Assembly: GCA_019828565.1 (NCBI GenBank)
Contig: JAHDYR010000012.1
Span: 992,001-1,056,000, forward strand
Reading direction: 5' to 3'
Source: Carpediemonas membranifera BICM
Taxonomy: Eukaryota; Protista; Fornicata
Length of the DNA stretch: 64,000 bases
The notes beneath the pieces are model-generated. The model worked only from the letters and a program-made list of their open reading frames with translations, did not search any database and had not been told where the DNA came from. This document shows positions 11,844 through 22,200 of this stretch, one piece after another. The position numbers and the translations under genes were made by a program. Every line of letters starts with the position of its first letter. Within the stretch, counting starts at the first letter, position 1.

Positions 11844-14800
11844 ATGTTGCAATGCGATCTTGACATTGAACAGCTTGAAGAGCTGCTCAATGGTGATCGC
11901 TATGCAGTACTTGAGGCGCTTCCAAGGCACTCCTTGCAACGCCTTTACTTCGAAGCACTAGCCGAACAGATTGACCATCCCGACGGGCGCACACAGCGCG
12001 AAACTGACATCATGAAGGAGCTAGAGGAGACTTATGGTAAGAATAAGGCGTACCAGGAGCTCCAGCTGCGCCGGGCCCTTCTGTCATTTGACAATCCCAA
12101 GGACAAGAAGGCGCATGACACCGTCTATAAGCTCATCGACGATGCCACAGACGTCAACAGTGAGTGCAAGAGACACACGAAGCCGTTCATTGCCCGTAAG
12201 TCGACCGGCGCCGACTCCCGGGTGCAACACCCCATGTCACTCGACAACAAGCCCCTCGCCCCCACCGCTGTCATCACAGAGCAGACGAAGACCGACAGAC
12301 GTATGCCCCCTGCCGCCCAGACATACGCCATTCAGCACATGACCTCCTGGTGGGGCAAGGCGGACGAGCACGTGCTCCTGTCCCTGCTTGACAACATCAA
12401 GGCGCCCTGCACGGCCCACGGTAACGTCGTCAGCATCATCGGCAAGTACTACTCCTCCCTGGATAAGAACCACTACCGCCGCAAGACGACGGTCAACGCA
12501 TTCCGTCACTTGCCCATCGAGCAGCACAAGGCCCTGGCCGCCAAGTACTCCTGGTACGCGAAGAGCCCATCATACGTGTCCCTCGCCATCATCCAGGCGG
12601 CGCCAGTCATCCCAGACGGCAACACGCACCTCCCCTGCCATGCCAAGGCACTCGACGACTACCACGACTGGCTGTGGGTGTTCGCGACGAAGCTCAGCAG
12701 CCGGTTTGTGAACGATGCCGTATACATCTACGCCGCCGTGCTTGAGCGGCACAAGAGGCGCGGTGAGTATCCGCTGGACAAGTTCCTCCACATGCTGGAC
12801 GTCCCCATCGACATCTTCCCCCTCGTAGTGCCCTCCACGCTCATGAAGACGCTCAAGAAGCTCAGGGATGGCGTTACATGCTATCTGGACACGTCATTGA
12901 CCATCCCCTTCCTTGCCCCGTGTGAAAGCTTCCACAACCTGGTCGATGAGTATCTCTATCACACCATCCCGACCATGAAGCCCGACCAGGTCAAGCACCA
13001 CTTCGGAAACAAGGTCGACCCCGACTATCTGCCCGGCGCCATCGCCCGCGCCCACCTCTATGCTGGGGCTGGTGACGCCGATGCCTTCACCAGCGGGCTA
13101 AGCGAGGCGGAGCTGAAAGACGTTCGGGAGAGCGTCACACTCGAGTTCGACGCCACACCGGACTACTTCCCTGTCGGCCATGCCCCGAAGATCCGGCTGT
13201 CCGTCAAGAATCTGCCCCATGTGACCGTCAACGTCTACCACATCAACGCTGCGGCCGTGCTGACCAAGACGCTCGAGCCCGTCGGCCCGGCTTTGGACCT
13301 GGACGGCTTCATCCCATCTGCCGTGATCCCGCTGGAGTTCGACCGGCCCCCCTCCGTCCGGCACTCAGAGGAGGTGCGGCTCACGATGTGCAAGGCCGGG
13401 ACCCACGTCGTCGAGGTCGTCGGGGGTAGCCTCACACGCCGCGTGCTCATCCAGGTCGACCATCTCCGCGCCGTCACTGAGGTCACTCCCCCCGGCCACG
13501 TCGTCTCCGTGTTCAACTCGAAGTCTGAGCTCGCCAACGCCACTGTCATTGTCGACGGCGCCAGGTACCCCGCCCCCGAGGGGAGGGCGCTCATCCCGTT
13601 CACCCGGGCCCCTGAGAAGAAGCCAATGGTGCTCATCAGCGGCCACGTGGCCACAATGGCGACTATCGACCACAAGGACGAGACATACACCATGCCGACG
13701 GGCTTCTACCTCGAGCGGGGCGAGCTCATTCCCGGCACAGAGGCGCATGCGGTAATCCGCCCCGTCCTGCTGCTGAACGGGACACCCATCCCGACCTCTG
13801 GTCTGACGAACGTCCGCGTCACCGTGACCATAGATGACGTCACGCAGTCCGCGGCCAGTACTGTGGTGACGGACGGCATCACGGTGGTCGACGGCGAGGA
13901 CATCGTCGTGCCCGTGTTCGTTCCCCCAGCCGCCACGAAGGTCGGCTTCACCCTGACCGCGGAGCTGCCTTATGTCAGCAAGCCCGACGTCCGCGCGTTC
14001 TCCATCCACCGCGACTTCCAGCTGCATGCCCAGTGCCACGAGCCAGACTCGACGCTCGATAGCTTCCTCCTGCCCGGGCCCAGCGGCTTCCGGCTGCTTG
14101 TGTGCGGCAAGAACGGCGAGGTGTACCCGGGCCTGGCCTTCACCCTCACGCCGAAGTCGATGTTCAGCCAAGTCAGCTGCAGTGACGTCCAGCTCATGTG
14201 CGACAAGGACGGCACCGTCGACCTCGGCGCCCTCGAAGGCATAGCATCCATCGCGGTGCGGCTGCCCAAGAGCCCGCTTGCCAACGACATGTCCAATCGC
14301 ACGCACACTGTCGCGCAGGCCCTCCCGCCGCCGCCCTCGACGCTCGACCTCATGGTCGGTCGGCCCCTCGCCGTGCCGATGCCGTGGGGCCCCGCCGCCA
14401 ACAGCGGGCCGATGAAGCCAGTCTTGTCGATGTTCAGGGTCGCGGATGACGTCGTCATCGAGGACGTCAGCAGGCATATGGCTCTCAACAGCGATATGAC
14501 GTTGCTGACGATCACCCCGCCCGCCCCCGGGTCGTATGTGATCTACTACCAGCACCCGGCCTTTCCGACCGTGCAGCGTACCGCCTTGACCGTGCACCCT
14601 GACACCATGACCCCGCACGGCGACCTGATGGTCGGCTCCGACACGGTGTGCGAACTGACGACCATGATGCCCCACATCGCCGGGCTGACGGCTGACAAGC
14701 ACGGCACCGAGCTCGCCATCGCCGTCCACACTGCTGCCACGACGCCTGGTGCCCGCATTCACGTGGCTGCTGTGTCAATCGCCCAGTCGTTTGATTCACT

Positions 14801-17800
14801 CAACTTGCTCAGAGTCGGCCCGGAGTCCACCAGCATGCCGACCACCACGTTTACAGCGCCTCGGACGACGTTCTCGAGTGACGCGGTGCTTTCTGATGAG
14901 GACAAGTACATCCTCGACCGGACACAGCAGGGCGACCGTCTTGGGTGCCTGCTGCCCAAGCCCGAGCTGCTCCTGCACGCCAGAGAGGTCGCCGACACGA
15001 CCCGAAAGGACAAAACGCTCGCCGATGGCGTCGCCCACAGCGGTAGGGGGGAACGCATGTCCATGAGGATGGCCGCAGCGCCCATGATGGCAAAGGAGGC
15101 CGCTGACACCCAACGGCGGGACGTCAGCGTCTCTTGGGACCACCTGTCGCCGTCAGTCGTCGCATTGAACCGAAGTGTGGCGAGCCCGACGACGACGCTC
15201 AGCCTGACCGTGCCCGAGACCACCGCCCTCGTCTCCGTGACGCTGGTCGACGGCTGCACCGTTGCAAAGCGGGTCGTGCGTCTGGAAGCCCCCCTCCCAG
15301 TCTCCAAGGACCTCCGCGCCCCATTCACGGACCCCGAGACCTCCTTCGCCCACGTCCGCGGCATCCACGCTCTGCTCCCCGGCGTCAGCGGTAAGGACAG
15401 CTGCGCCTTCCAGAACTGGGCGGTGACGTCTGTGTGCCAGCTGCCCGACCAGGCCATGTTGTTCCAGATCATGCAGACCCTCGGATGCGCCGGACTGGAG
15501 GAGCTGCGGCCCTTGCTCCACTGGGACGCCCTCACTGAGGCTGACAAGCTCGCCCTGTACGCCCGCACCGCGTGCACGGAGCTCAACCTCTTCCTGGCCG
15601 TACGCGACCGGCCCTTCTTCCGTCAGCGCATCGCACCCTGCCTCATGTCGAAGCTCGCCCCGTCCGCTGCTGACGATTTCCTGCTCGGCGCCAGCATGGC
15701 GACCCACGCTGAGCGGTATCACGAGCTCAACACCCTCGAGAAGATCATGGTTGCCGCGTGGATGCGGGACCAGGGCGACGTTCACGGGGCTGCGGCCATC
15801 GCCGGGGACATCCGCCGCCAGGCCCCCAAGCAGGTCGACCCACAGTATGACAACACCATGTTCAACGTCGTGTTTGCTGCCCAGTCGGAATCCACGGATG
15901 TTGCCGTCCCGCCGTCGATCAGGTCCAACCGCCGTGGCCGCCGTATGGAGCTGTTGCGGTCCGATGCGAAGGTTTACGAGGAGCGCGAGTACCACGGCAT
16001 GCCCGCTGGCCACTGTTCTGATCTTTTCCCGGTCAACGCCTTCTGGGTCGACTTCGCTGAGCACGTCGCCGCCGAGGGCTTCTACGCGCCCTTCGTCTCG
16101 CCCCACGCCCTGCTGCCGGCCATTGACGGCTCTGTGAACTCGGCCATGGCTGTGCTGGCACTGACTGCGCTCCCCGCCAGATCGAAGCCGCACACGCCCG
16201 TCGTCACCCACCAGGGCGGCTTGATGACCGCCACCATCGCCCCGGCAACCCCTGCCATCGTCTTCTTCACAGAGCAGAGGCCCGCCAAGATCACGACCGA
16301 CGCGTCCATCCTTGTGCGGGACTCCGTGTTCGACCCCGCCGGGATCCCGTCCGAGGGTCAGCAGAGGGCATACATGCTGCGGCCACAGGTGCTGCCCGGA
16401 AGGATCGTCGGCATCGAGACCGCCCTCACGAACCTCACAACCACTGCCACGCGGGTCCACATCGACCTGCGGCTGCCGGAGGGCGCGCTTCCTGTCGGGT
16501 CGACAACGACGATGTCCAGCTCGGCCGTGGAGCTGCGACCCTTCTCGACCCACACCATAATCCGCTTCTTGTATTTCCCGGCCACCGGCACCTTCGAGGC
16601 CACCCCCGCGCACGTGTCCCGCGACGGCGTCCTGATCGCCCGTTCGGCCCGGACGCAGCCCTTCCTTGTCGTCGACACCCTTGACGAGACGACCGAGCGG
16701 ACGTGGGCCGAGATCGCCGTGGACGGGACGCTGTCAGACATTGTGGACTATCTCACGAAGTGTGACCTGGCGCGGACATCGCTGGAGCCCATCTACCATC
16801 GCTGCAGCAACATCAACACGTGGGATGCGATCGTCGACGCCCTCACGCGACTGGGCCACTTCGACGCCAAGGTCTGGGCCTTCGCGCTGCTCCACAAGAA
16901 GGACAAGCACGTCCGGACCTGGCTGCAGATGGCCCCACGGGCCAAGCTCATCCGCACCCAGCTGAGGCCGGACTTCTCATCGTCGCTGGTGGACGTCAAC
17001 GACGTTCTAGACGGCCTGCACCGCTTCCTCGAGTACCGGCCGATCATCAACGACCGGGCACTGAAGGTCGGTGGGAAGCTACAGATCGACAACGACCGTC
17101 TCAGAGAACACTACAAGAAGCACCTGGCGGTCATGCTGTACCGCAATCCCGCGCCCATGGACCTGCTGGCCACGGTATACTACCACATCCTGCTCGACAG
17201 AGAGATCGAGGCACGTAAGCTCGTCGGCCGCATCCAGGAGCACTTCGACCAGGTATCGGCCGCCACGAGCCCCGTGCTCTTCTCGGACATGCCGGCGCCC
17301 ATACCGTTCCGGTGCGACGCGTGCCAGACAGTTATCCAGACAACATGCCACTCCTGCGGCGTCTGCGGCAACTTCGACCTATGTGACAGGTGCATCAGCA
17401 AGTACGGCCCCAAACACGCCAAGGGCCGCCACCCGAGCGTCGACCCCGCGTCCTGCTTCACGGCGACTGGCCTGTTCAAGGCGCTGCAGGGTGAGATCCA
17501 GTGGGACTATTGCAGGGCGTACCTCGACTTCCTCGACCCAGCCAGCTCGCTGGAGGAGGCCCGAGGCGTCGTCTCCAAGTACCGTGCCTTCCCCATCCCC
17601 GCATGGCGGAAGCGGTTCGACACGATCGCAAAGCAGCTCGCGGAGATCGACGAGGTCAGCGCTAACCGCGGCACCGACTTCGACATGGCTTGCGAGGACG
17701 GCCGCGACGACGGCAGGGCCGCGGCCATGGCCGAAGCCGCAAGCACGGAGCCAACTGTCGCGCTCACCTTCACCGGGAATGCACTCGAGCTGCAGGCGTC

Positions 17801-18305
17801 GCACGTGGACACCGTGACGCTGTGCTTCCACTCCATGGACACTGAGCTCATATTCTCACTGACCCCGCTGTTCCGGGCGAACCGGTCCGTCTCAGAGCTG
17901 AACATCGTCCGCCCCAATCTGGTGCAGACCGTGACGGTCACCGGCCCCCGCATGACGCTGCCCCTCCCCGATGGCACGGGCGACTGCTTCGTCGAAGCAC
18001 TGGCCAGCCGCTGCTCGGACACGACGTGGGTCATCCGGGCCGACGTCCTCGCCTTCGTCGACACAAAGGCCGGCCGGATCCGCGTCACGGCTGCGGCCAC
18101 CGGTCTTGTGATCCCGAAGGCGTATGTCAAGGTGTACGCCGACCTCGGGGGGTCGACTCGCTTCTTCAGGGACGGCTACACGGACCGGCGTGGCATCTTT
18201 GAGTACGCGGCGGGCATTGTTCCGGCTGGAACTAGACGCTTTGCTATCCTGGTGACATCAAGGCTTGGCACTGTCGTCAAGACAGCCGATGTACCTGCCA
18301 TCTAA
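11844..18305 (+). CDS. Very large (~2150 aa) protein of unknown function with ZZ-type zinc finger
   Basis: Uninterrupted ORF with strong GC3 bias. ZZ finger CDACQ..CHSCGVCGNFDLCDRC..H at about 17313-17420. C-terminal motif YVKVYA...FFRDGYTDRRGIFEY. Confidence 0.85.
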   Translation: MLQCDLDIEQLEELLNGDRYAVLEALPRHSLQRLYFEALAEQIDHPDGRTQRETDIMKELEETYGKNKAYQELQLRRALLSFDNPKDKKAHDTVYKLIDDATDVNSECKRHTKPFIARKSTGADSRVQHPMSLDNKPLAPTAVITEQTKTDRRMPPAAQTYAIQHMTSWWGKADEHVLLSLLDNIKAPCTAHGNVVSIIGKYYSSLDKNHYRRKTTVNAFRHLPIEQHKALAAKYSWYAKSPSYVSLAIIQAAPVIPDGNTHLPCHAKALDDYHDWLWVFATKLSSRFVNDAVYIYAAVLERHKRRGEYPLDKFLHMLDVPIDIFPLVVPSTLMKTLKKLRDGVTCYLDTSLTIPFLAPCESFHNLVDEYLYHTIPTMKPDQVKHHFGNKVDPDYLPGAIARAHLYAGAGDADAFTSGLSEAELKDVRESVTLEFDATPDYFPVGHAPKIRLSVKNLPHVTVNVYHINAAAVLTKTLEPVGPALDLDGFIPSAVIPLEFDRPPSVRHSEEVRLTMCKAGTHVVEVVGGSLTRRVLIQVDHLRAVTEVTPPGHVVSVFNSKSELANATVIVDGARYPAPEGRALIPFTRAPEKKPMVLISGHVATMATIDHKDETYTMPTGFYLERGELIPGTEAHAVIRPVLLLNGTPIPTSGLTNVRVTVTIDDVTQSAASTVVTDGITVVDGEDIVVPVFVPPAATKVGFTLTAELPYVSKPDVRAFSIHRDFQLHAQCHEPDSTLDSFLLPGPSGFRLLVCGKNGEVYPGLAFTLTPKSMFSQVSCSDVQLMCDKDGTVDLGALEGIASIAVRLPKSPLANDMSNRTHTVAQALPPPPSTLDLMVGRPLAVPMPWGPAANSGPMKPVLSMFRVADDVVIEDVSRHMALNSDMTLLTITPPAPGSYVIYYQHPAFPTVQRTALTVHPDTMTPHGDLMVGSDTVCELTTMMPHIAGLTADKHGTELAIAVHTAATTPGARIHVAAVSIAQSFDSLNLLRVGPESTSMPTTTFTAPRTTFSSDAVLSDEDKYILDRTQQGDRLGCLLPKPELLLHAREVADTTRKDKTLADGVAHSGRGERMSMRMAAAPMMAKEAADTQRRDVSVSWDHLSPSVVALNRSVASPTTTLSLTVPETTALVSVTLVDGCTVAKRVVRLEAPLPVSKDLRAPFTDPETSFAHVRGIHALLPGVSGKDSCAFQNWAVTSVCQLPDQAMLFQIMQTLGCAGLEELRPLLHWDALTEADKLALYARTACTELNLFLAVRDRPFFRQRIAPCLMSKLAPSAADDFLLGASMATHAERYHELNTLEKIMVAAWMRDQGDVHGAAAIAGDIRRQAPKQVDPQYDNTMFNVVFAAQSESTDVAVPPSIRSNRRGRRMELLRSDAKVYEEREYHGMPAGHCSDLFPVNAFWVDFAEHVAAEGFYAPFVSPHALLPAIDGSVNSAMAVLALTALPARSKPHTPVVTHQGGLMTATIAPATPAIVFFTEQRPAKITTDASILVRDSVFDPAGIPSEGQQRAYMLRPQVLPGRIVGIETALTNLTTTATRVHIDLRLPEGALPVGSTTTMSSSAVELRPFSTHTIIRFLYFPATGTFEATPAHVSRDGVLIARSARTQPFLVVDTLDETTERTWAEIAVDGTLSDIVDYLTKCDLARTSLEPIYHRCSNINTWDAIVDALTRLGHFDAKVWAFALLHKKDKHVRTWLQMAPRAKLIRTQLRPDFSSSLVDVNDVLDGLHRFLEYRPIINDRALKVGGKLQIDNDRLREHYKKHLAVMLYRNPAPMDLLATVYYHILLDREIEARKLVGRIQEHFDQVSAATSPVLFSDMPAPIPFRCDACQTVIQTTCHSCGVCGNFDLCDRCISKYGPKHAKGRHPSVDPASCFTATGLFKALQGEIQWDYCRAYLDFLDPASSLEEARGVVSKYRAFPIPAWRKRFDTIAKQLAEIDEVSANRGTDFDMACEDGRDDGRAAAMAEAASTEPTVALTFTGNALELQASHVDTVTLCFHSMDTELIFSLTPLFRANRSVSELNIVRPNLVQTVTVTGPRMTLPLPDGTGDCFVEALASRCSDTTWVIRADVLAFVDTKAGRIRVTAAATGLVIPKAYVKVYADLGGSTRFFRDGYTDRRGIFEYAAGIVPAGTRRFAILVTSRLGTVVKTADVPAI

Positions 18306-18659
18306 ATCCTCCGTGTGTGTCCAGCAGCCCGTGGCTGACCTCGGCAGCGAGCGATCAGTCCGTTCCAACTTTTGATGGGGGAGCAGAGCGTTGAAGCACT
18401 CCGATTGTGGGGCAATTGAGTTTGTCTCATGCCTTGCACATTCAGCGCAATTTGCCCAAGGCCATTTCGGGGCAATGATGAATCTATACGACAAAAATCG
18501 TCAAAAAATTGATTCATTCGATCGTTTCCTTTCGAGTCCTTTCACTGAACATCGGCTATAGACGTATCTGGCCCATGTGACCCTTCTAATGGATTGGAAC
18601 GGCTGTCTCCGCGGTGATGAAACCAAAACTAGTCCGCAAAATAGTCATTTAGACCTTAA

Positions 18660-18755
18660 GCGCGTTTCGTCCAACGGAAGGATGCAGGAATTGAGGAATT
18701 CTGGGCTCACGCCCGCATTTATCCTGAGATGGTAGTTCGACTCTACCAACGCGCA
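18660..18755 (+). tRNA. tRNA or tRNA-like gene with Gly-type body and 32-nt anticodon-loop region (25 nt extra); anticodon unresolved
   Basis: Acceptor GCGCGTT/AACGCGC plus discriminator A; D arm GTCC-AACGGAA-GGAT; anticodon stem CAGGA/TCCTG; 4-nt variable loop; T arm GGTAG-TTCGACT-CTACC. Confidence 0.8.
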
Positions 18756-19200
18756 GTTTATCGGCCTTTTGAAGGCCGTCGGCGTTTCCGAGTCATCAAA
18801 AAAATCTGATTGTTACAAAGTGCACCTGCCAACGATCAATCGTCTCTTGCTGGTGGTTTCACCTATGTGGCCGGCGAGCTGATGTCCCGTAGCATCGGCC
18901 CGAAACCCGATCTAGTGGATGTTCCGACTCCACGGTCGAGAGGAACGCATCAACCCCAACGATGGAGATGCTTGACTCAGGTCTGAGACTGCCGGGACAA
19001 GATTGACTTGCTAGACGATGGTCCACTCGACTGTGTCGAGTCTCTTATCACTCGACTCACCGGGCAATCAATGCCAGCTGAAGAATGGCTCTCGTGTCTT
19101 AACGCTTGCCTGACCCGATCCATCCATCCACCGAACCGACAACACCAGGAGCACAGGCTTGCTTGGTTTATCATAACGTCCATAAATATGTGCAAACACG

Positions 19201-22200
19201 TCACCACGCCCCCGTGCGTCCAAGCATCGTAGCGTGGTCGACTCCCGAAATGGGCGCCGAGCTGGTCCAGACCCAGACGCACGCGACGCTGTTCGGGAAC
19301 AGACGCACGTACGGCACGATACGGATAGCCGTCGTCTGGGGGTCAACCTGGTGGATGCACGTCTCCTTGATGGCGGTGAGCAGCGATTCCATATCCGACC
19401 ACGGCAGCGTCAGGACGAAGCCCGTTTCACCTGCTTCGACGCGAGACCGGACGACCGCACCGCACACCCTGCTTACCGACTCGAAGAACGACGCCAGTGC
19501 ACGCGTGATCTCGGTCTTTCGGCGCCCCGTACCGACGAGCTTCTCGAACGAGACGCCGTTGAGCAGCTCGCCCCGCAGCTTCAAGGACTCCATCAGCGAG
19601 AGCGTGTTCTTGTAGGGCAGCGCGGACCCGGGAGCGGTAACGGGTGTCCGATTGGGGGACACCCACACCGCGATCTCGGCCATGATCGCCCGCTGGATCT
19701 CGTCCTCAAGAGCCCGGGCGGCCCCGTCGAGGTCAGTCGTCGTCAGCCTCGTCCTCGGGTCGACCAGCTCATACGAGAGCGACTGCGGCTGGACTGTGCT
19801 GCCGGGGATGAAGCCGAGCCGGGCAGCGGCCTCAGGCGACTTGAATAGGGGCGCCCACTTGCGCCGGGATGATAGGTCCCAGTTGAGCTTCCAGGGTCGG
19901 GCCTCGTCCTGTGTGTTGGCCCACATGTTGGTGTGGTCGAAGACGGTGTGGACTGCCACCATCGGGCACGCCTCGTCGGTCAGGTCGTAGATGACGCCCG
20001 AGCAGGCGTTGATGAGGACCGCACCCGAGAGCCCGCCGTCTTTGTCGAGCAGCAACACATAAGAGGAGTCGCCCTCGGGAATGGCGTGGCCCTGCACGAT
20101 GAACGCCGTCCTGCCGACATATAGGAGGTATGACTGCAGTAACAGAGCGTGCTCTTCCCAGTCGCCCGCACCGACCTCCATGAACTGCTCGGCGTTGAGC
20201 CACAGGTCGACGGACCCGTCAAAGGCGGAGGCGTCCTCGAGGAACGGCACGTTGGAGACGTACCGCACCAGCGAGGCGAGGTAGAAGGCCTGGCCGCTGT
20301 GTGCCAGGCGGTTGTGATCCTTCCTCGGCTTGAGCTGCCCCTCAGTCGGGTGTGTTGTGACGACTCGGGCCGAATTGTCATCGCCCGCCTGCATCTCGAG
20401 CCGCTCGACGTAGTCAACGATGTTGCTGTCCAGCTGAGGGGGCGGGGCGAGAGGCGCGACGTAACGGCATGCCAGGACGCTGAAGCCCTCGATGTCGGTG
20501 TTGAATGGGCCGAAGTCGCGGTCGGGGAAGCGCCTCTCGAGCCCGTCAGCCCACTTCTCGGCGAACTCAACGAGCTCGCTACTGTCCTTGCTGGCGCCCA
20601 CGGCGGTGTTGTCCTCGATGAAGGGAAGCATCGGGTCAAACGTCACGAACAGCTCAACCTTGGGGACGGCCAGCTTCTTGTTGACAGTCTGCAAGCCGTA
20701 GCCAGCGAAGGCTGTGGGAACATGGAGCTCGAACGTCCCCGACACGCATCCGTTCATCACTACCATACCCGCGGGCACCACCACGGAGCCCAGGAAGCGG
20801 GGCTCATAGTGCAGGTTGACGTGCGTCTCGGCCAGTCGGGTGTCGCTGCTGTCATGGATTTCGAGCTCGTCAAATAGGGAGATCACGATAGGGGACCTCA
20901 AGGCGCTGCAGTACTCCGCCGTGAAGCCGTCGGGCGGGGCGGTGCACTCCATGCGCAACTCCTCGTTCCACATGGCCTGCCGGTCGACGCTGACGACCGT
21001 CGGCGTGCGAGCCATATGCTCGGCCATGCCCGTGGACACCCGCACGAATGGCGTCACGTGGCCCTCACCCGTCCTGAACGGCAGGTCGCTCGCCTTGTTG
21101 ACGCGGACGACCAGTGCCGACGAGCGCGGCACCCGGGCAGGCTCCCGCTTGCGGGGCACTGGGAACAGCGGCCGGCGGGGTCCTGCCCATGCCATGGCCT
21201 GCTGCCGAAGGGATGCCCAGTCGAGGGGGGTCTGGTGGGTCAGGATCGTGTCGATGGCCGGTACCCGCCGCTTGCGGTAGCGCTGGAGGAGGGCGTGCTG
21301 CCGTACCCGCTCAGCAAGGGTCGCGGGTGTCTCAACCACCGAGTCCCGTCTGGGCGTGGCCGGGACGCTGATGGCGCCGTGATGCCCCTTCCGCGGCCGT
21401 TTCTGGACGGCAGGCTTCAGCACGGCGTCCGCCTGGGTCAGCGCGCGCCGGGCATTGAATGGGTTGAGCACGTCGACGTCCTCGGGTGCGGGTCCTGCCT
21501 TGGTGGGGACGAACGGATGCAGCGTCGTGGGGGGCGCCCCTGACCATGTGACGAGGTACGTCAGCGTCCCGGCGACCTTGGCGTCCGAGAACTCGACCGT
21601 GTTCGTCTGGTTCGACTCTGGGACCATCAACGGGATGGGGGCGCTCGTGTAGGCCGTCATCCGCGACACCAGCTTGGAGAACGGCACCGAGTGATCCGTC
21701 GACAGCTGCAGCCGGACAGACACGTGCGGCATCGACCGCACGTCCAGGCTGACGGCGTCATTCCACGCGGCGTACGGCAGCTCACCCCTGTGGCCCCAGG
21801 AGACTGGCCGGGTGGGCGTCACGGCGACCTCCTCCGTGTTGACGAAGAGACGGAGACCAGCCCGCCTGTTGTCGAGGGAGGGGATGACCGCGCCATCTGA
21901 GGCGATGGGTGCGTCGGTGCTGGTAAAAATCAGGGCCCATGACCGGAAGCGGTCTCGACGCCACGTCTCGTCGACGGCCGCCAGGATGTCTTCGTTGCTG
22001 ACGACGCCGCTCGACGGTACGGACAGGCCGAGGTGCGCCATGACGCGTCTGACAAGCATGCCAACCTCGCCGTCGTCGCCGGCGGTGTGGTGCGACAGGA
22101 TGTCAACATAGCGGGATTGCAGCACGCCGATATCTGCCAACAGACGGCGCTCAAAGTTCTCAACACGGTCCTCGTCGAACGTCTTGGTGACGTATACGGA

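Noticed and set aside
18868-19000. Resemblance to HDV ribozyme (GGCCGGC..GTCCC), hammerhead (CTGATG..CGAAAC) or RNase P CR-I (AGGTCTGAGACT)
   Set aside because: Required partner elements are missing (P3/P1.1, the CUGANGA core, CR-V). Kept only as an unassigned ncRNA candidate.
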